From the IMG/VR virus record IMGVR_UViG_3300045988_051055, positions 1 to 40,772 of that record: a DNA stretch of 40,772 bases; one strand, given 5' to 3'. Source of the stretch: a virus. Of this stretch, positions 38,574-40,772 are shown in pieces. A model generated the notes under the pieces. The model made no database searches. It was given only the letters and a program-made list of their open reading frames with translations, and was not told the DNA's origin. Position 1 is the first letter of the stretch, and each line of letters starts with the position of its first letter. Position numbers and translations under genes: made by a program.

Positions 38574-38875
38574 GACATTACCTCCCACTCGTCGATCTCG
38601 CTTTTGATGCGGTCAATAAAGCTGTTGCCGCCGAGGGCCTTGTAGCCCCGATAAAGGTAGATGAAATCCTCAAGCTCATACTGGCGGATCGTCTGGCTCT
38701 CGCGGTGCTTGTAGTAGGTGTGCAGCATGTCGTGCCGGAGCTGGCATTTGAGCGCGTCGGTCAGCTTGTCCAGCCCGAGCAGCTTGTTGCGCAGCGGCTT
38801 GACGAGCATGGCGACCGCCGCGAGGATCACCGTCACCTCCGAGCACAGCGCCGCCAATTTCGATAAACTTTCCAT
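38570..38875 (-). CDS. N-terminally TM-anchored protein at the head of the lysis cassette (101 aa)
   Basis: TM segment LAALCSEVTVILAAVAMLV. ATGA coupling to the next gene. Confidence 0.5.
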   Translation of the reverse strand: MESLSKLAALCSEVTVILAAVAMLVKPLRNKLLGLDKLTDALKCQLRHDMLHTYYKHRESQTIRQYELEDFIYLYRGYKALGGNSFIDRIKSEIDEWEVMS

Positions 38876-38903
38876 AGGCGTTGTCTCTCTTTCCGGCGGC
38901 GCG

Positions 38904-38937
38904 AAAAAAGCCGCCTTGTCGTGCTTGACAAAGCGGC
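38904..38937 (-). terminator. Terminator of the toxin mRNA
   Basis: Minus strand reads GCCGCTTTGTC-aagcac-GACAAGGCGGC (one G-U pair), followed by TTTTTT. Confidence 0.7.
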
Positions 38938-38954
38938 TTTAGGTGTGCTATATT
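38925..38954 (+). promoter_or_regulatory. Promoter of the antisense (antitoxin) RNA
   Basis: TTGACA (38925-30), 18-nt spacer, TATATT (38949-54). Confidence 0.75.
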
Positions 38955-38960
38955 TAGGCC

Positions 38961-39057
38961 AGTAAGAACGGCTGCCATTGCTGGTGGCGGTCGTCCCTCA
39001 GTGAGTTTATAGCTCGAAGGAAACGCCGCTTACCGCTATGGTGGGCGGTTATTTCTT
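38961..39057 (+). ncRNA. Candidate antisense antitoxin sRNA (~100 nt; a read-through form could end at 39249)
   Basis: Runs from the promoter above to the terminator CCGCTTACC-gctat-GGTGGGCGG plus TTATTTCTT (39026-39057). Complementary to the 3' UTR and the last codons of the toxin mRNA. Confidence 0.6.
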
Positions 39058-39138
39058 ATGTCTTGTGACCGTGAAGATCAGAGACGCAAGACCGATGAGC
39101 ACAAGCGAATATGTGAACATATCAGCGTATGTAACCAT
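39049..39138 (-). CDS. Type I toxin-like hydrophobic peptide (29 aa) MVTYADMFTYSLVLIGLASLIFTVTRHKK
   Basis: Hand-translated. AAGGAGGTG lies 5 nt upstream and is buried in the hairpin CACTTCCT-GCAA-AGGAGGTG. Single TM plus a KK tail, as in holin-like toxin peptides. Confidence 0.7.
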   Translation of the reverse strand: MVTYADMFTYSLVLIGLASLIFTVTRHKK

Positions 39139-39192
39139 CGCGCACCTCCTTTGCAGGAAGTGGACAACCTTGCCGTTCTTACCGGCAGGCGA

Positions 39193-39222
39193 ATTATAGC
39201 ACAGTCTGCCGCGCTTTGTCAA
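39193..39222 (-). promoter_or_regulatory. Promoter of the toxin mRNA
   Basis: Minus strand TTGACA (39222-17), 18-nt spacer, TATAAT (39198-93). Confidence 0.75.
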
Positions 39223-39225
39223 TTT

Positions 39226-39249
39226 GCCGCCTTCCGAGGCGGCTTTTTT
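39226..39249 (+). terminator. Plus-strand terminator at the far side of the toxin locus
   Basis: GCCGCC-ttccga-GGCGGC followed by TTTTTT. Confidence 0.7.
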
Positions 39250-39508
39250 ACTTGTTCAGCTCTATGAGCTTAGCTGCAACATCCTCCGGGATGTGGCACT
39301 TCTCCTTCTTGACGCAGTAGCCGTTCTCATCGTAGGTGAGCTTGTACTGCGGCAGGACGTAGATCTCCGTGCCGGCGCGGGAAAGGTCGCGCGCCATGAC
39401 GGGCTGCACGATGCTGTTCTTGACACCCGCGCTCTCGCTCAGGCCCGCGGGAATGTCCGTGACCTCGATGGGCTTGCCGTCGGATGCGATTCTCTTGTAA
39501 GTAGCCAT
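39248..39508 (-). CDS. Hypothetical protein (86 aa)
   Basis: ATG at 39508 follows AAGGAGAAC. Begins MATYKRIASDGKPIEVTDIPAG. Confidence 0.6.
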   Translation of the reverse strand: MATYKRIASDGKPIEVTDIPAGLSESAGVKNSIVQPVMARDLSRAGTEIYVLPQYKLTYDENGYCVKKEKCHIPEDVAAKLIELNK

Positions 39509-39868
39509 AGTTTTGTTCTCCTTTTCTTTGTTCAAAATTTATTTATCATCGGCGTAGCTTTCGCCGGTGATCTCCTTGATGCTGGATTTTCTTATGCTGA
39601 CCATGATTTAGCTCGTCAAAAAGGTTTGCAGCGCGTTCCGCGTCTCCGCCACATGTTCGCGTGCGCGTTCGGCGTAGGTTTTCTTCATGTCACTTCTCCT
39701 CCATCAAAAGAATTTTCGTGGCGTGTTCTGCGTCCTCAAGCTGCGCCCGCAGAGGCCATGACATTTGGATTGAAGATTATGCCGCACCGCCTTTTGTGAA
39801 ATGCGACGAAGCAACGTTAGGAGCTGCCCCCGGATTTTAGCATGCTAAAGTTGTACATATTGCACTCC

Positions 39869-40168
39869 TTACTGTTTCACAGCGTTTGCCTGTAACCATG
39901 TGAGCAGGTCACCGGTCGGCGGCTCAAAAAATGTGATGGTGCGATATGCCTCGTTAACCCAACCGTTGGCGTTCCAAGCATTAATTGCGTCATAATATAT
40001 ACCGAAACCAGGAAAAAAGTTTCCACGCACTTCAATTTTTTGAAAACTCGTAGAATTAGATTCGAAAGGAATCTCCATTGTTATTGAGTCGTACATAAGT
40101 TCTGGGGATTGTTTGATAACCCACGTTTCCTCAAACTTCGCTTTCTTCCTCGGCAAATTATAAATCAT
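39869..40168 (-). CDS. Hypothetical AT-rich gene after the tail fibre (99 aa); fibre chaperone/accessory candidate by position
   Basis: GAGGTGAAC RBS. Noticeably lower GC than its flanks. Confidence 0.55.
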   Translation of the reverse strand: MIYNLPRKKAKFEETWVIKQSPELMYDSITMEIPFESNSTSFQKIEVRGNFFPGFGIYYDAINAWNANGWVNEAYRTITFFEPPTGDLLTWLQANAVKQ

Positions 40169-40179
40169 CGCCGTTCACC

Positions 40180-40772
40180 TCACGAAAACGCCACCGGCAT
40201 AACCGTCACATAAACGTCAATGCTCGCCGTTGGCACAGTCTCGCACTGGAACGTCAGCTTTCCTGCCGCCTGTGCCACGCACTGAATACCTGCATCATTG
40301 TATGTCGGCCTACTTGCCGCCGCAGGCATGGGCAGGATAAGCTGTGCCGTTTCGTCTGCTTCAACGCCCGCGACGGATACAGTCTGCTGTTTCGTCGAGC
40401 TGTCCCAGCCTGCAACTGTCAGCGTTACCTTGTGTGCTTTGGTGCCAACGGATTTTTTGACATCGTACATGGTGGGGAGATAGAAGTCGTTTTCGCCCAA
40501 GCCGTTTATGTCCTGTGAACCTGCGTTAACGAACTGTACGCCGCTGCAATCAACACGCCTAAAGTCACCAAGATTTCCAATACCTTCTTCTGCCTTAACT
40601 CGCCACGGAAAATCAAACATAAACAGGGTATCGCGATCAACAGATGCGCCAATCAGCGGGAATTTCCCCCTGCCTTTTTTTTCAAGGTCTACTGCTATAT
40701 ACGCAATACCCGAATCTTCAAAAGGTTCCCCGTCTGAATTGTTGTATGTTTCTATGTGACTCTCTAACGTCA
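40180..40772 (-). CDS. Tail fibre / receptor-binding protein, C-terminal part of the gene that starts at 310 (40674..40772 duplicates 1..99)
   Basis: No stop between 40772 and 40620 in the frame of ORF 40180..40620. The junction translation reads ...VDLEKKGRGKFPLIGASVDRDTLFMFDFPW... Confidence 0.75.
   Translation of the reverse strand, partial: TLESHIETYNNSDGEPFEDSGIAYIAVDLEKKGRGKFPLIGASVDRDTLFMFDFPWRVKAEEGIGNLGDFRRVDCSGVQFVNAGSQDINGLGENDFYLPTMYDVKKSVGTKAHKVTLTVAGWDSSTKQQTVSVAGVEADETAQLILPMPAAASRPTYNDAGIQCVAQAAGKLTFQCETVPTASIDVYVTVMPVAFS
40674..40772. repeat. Terminal overlap copy 2 (identical to 1..99)
   Basis: Same 99-nt string as the window start. An overlap of this kind is typical of a circular contig. 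Confidence 0.95.

Larger units (their letters stand above)
1..40772. mobile_element. Complete temperate siphovirus-type phage genome represented as a closed circle (unit length 40,673 nt)
   Basis: All canonical modules are present (switch, recombination/replication, packaging, head, tail, lysis, integrase). The first 99 nt are repeated exactly at the window end. Confidence 0.85.

Noticed and set aside
39224-39799. 191-aa plus-strand ORF across the toxin-locus edge and gene 39248..39508.
   Set aside because: It lies antisense to a minus-strand gene that has a good RBS, has no SD of its own, and starts inside a terminator.
1-40772. Searched by eye for tRNA/tmRNA genes, CRISPR arrays, a reverse transcriptase (DGR or retron), and signs of stop-codon reassignment.
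   Set aside because: None were seen. All long genes close with standard stops, and no RT-like or Cas-like ORF exists. The single in-frame TAA at 39608-39610 is isolated and better explained as a nonsense mutation or two mini-ORFs.

Overview
The window is a complete temperate siphovirus-type phage genome written as a closed circle. The first 99 nt recur exactly at 40674..40772, so the unit length is 40,673 nt, and one tail-fibre gene wraps the junction. Almost everything is on the minus strand in canonical order: cro-like gene at 28996, early/recombination genes (DUF1351-like, SSAP, MBL hydrolase, SSB), replication genes (organizer, DnaC-like loader), a C5 methyltransferase, many small Cys-rich proteins, MazG, DUF1064, small HTH proteins, terS/terL, an inserted HNH-AP2 gene, portal, MuF-like, scaffold, major capsid, connectors, major tail, chaperones, tape measure, Dit/Tal, fibres, then a lysis cassette. 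The plus strand carries an XRE repressor-like operon, an HTH-TM protein coupled to a large serine integrase, a small basic peptide unit, and a TM2-domain moron inside the structural operon. GGAGG-type RBSs, ATGA/TGATG coupling and GC-rich coding with AT-rich islands point to a GC-rich Firmicutes (Clostridia-like) host; this is inference. Five items look most unusual. (1) The 686-nt ORF-free cro/repressor intergenic region holds a ~375-nt structured RNA bounded by a consensus promoter and a terminator and bracketed by an 18-nt inverted repeat, followed by a second promoter-terminator unit just before the repressor gene. (2) A type I toxin-antitoxin-like locus at 38904..39249. (3) A circularly permuted C5 cytosine methyltransferase. 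(4) An eight-gene post-lysis cassette (33197..36504) of Gly/Cys/Gln-rich, C1q-like and repeat proteins behind a sigma-region-4-like regulator and leader terminators. (5) Several self-contained morons (TM2/zinc-ribbon, HNH-AP2, membrane-anchored 3D-domain). All family names come from motif recognition by eye; no searches were run.
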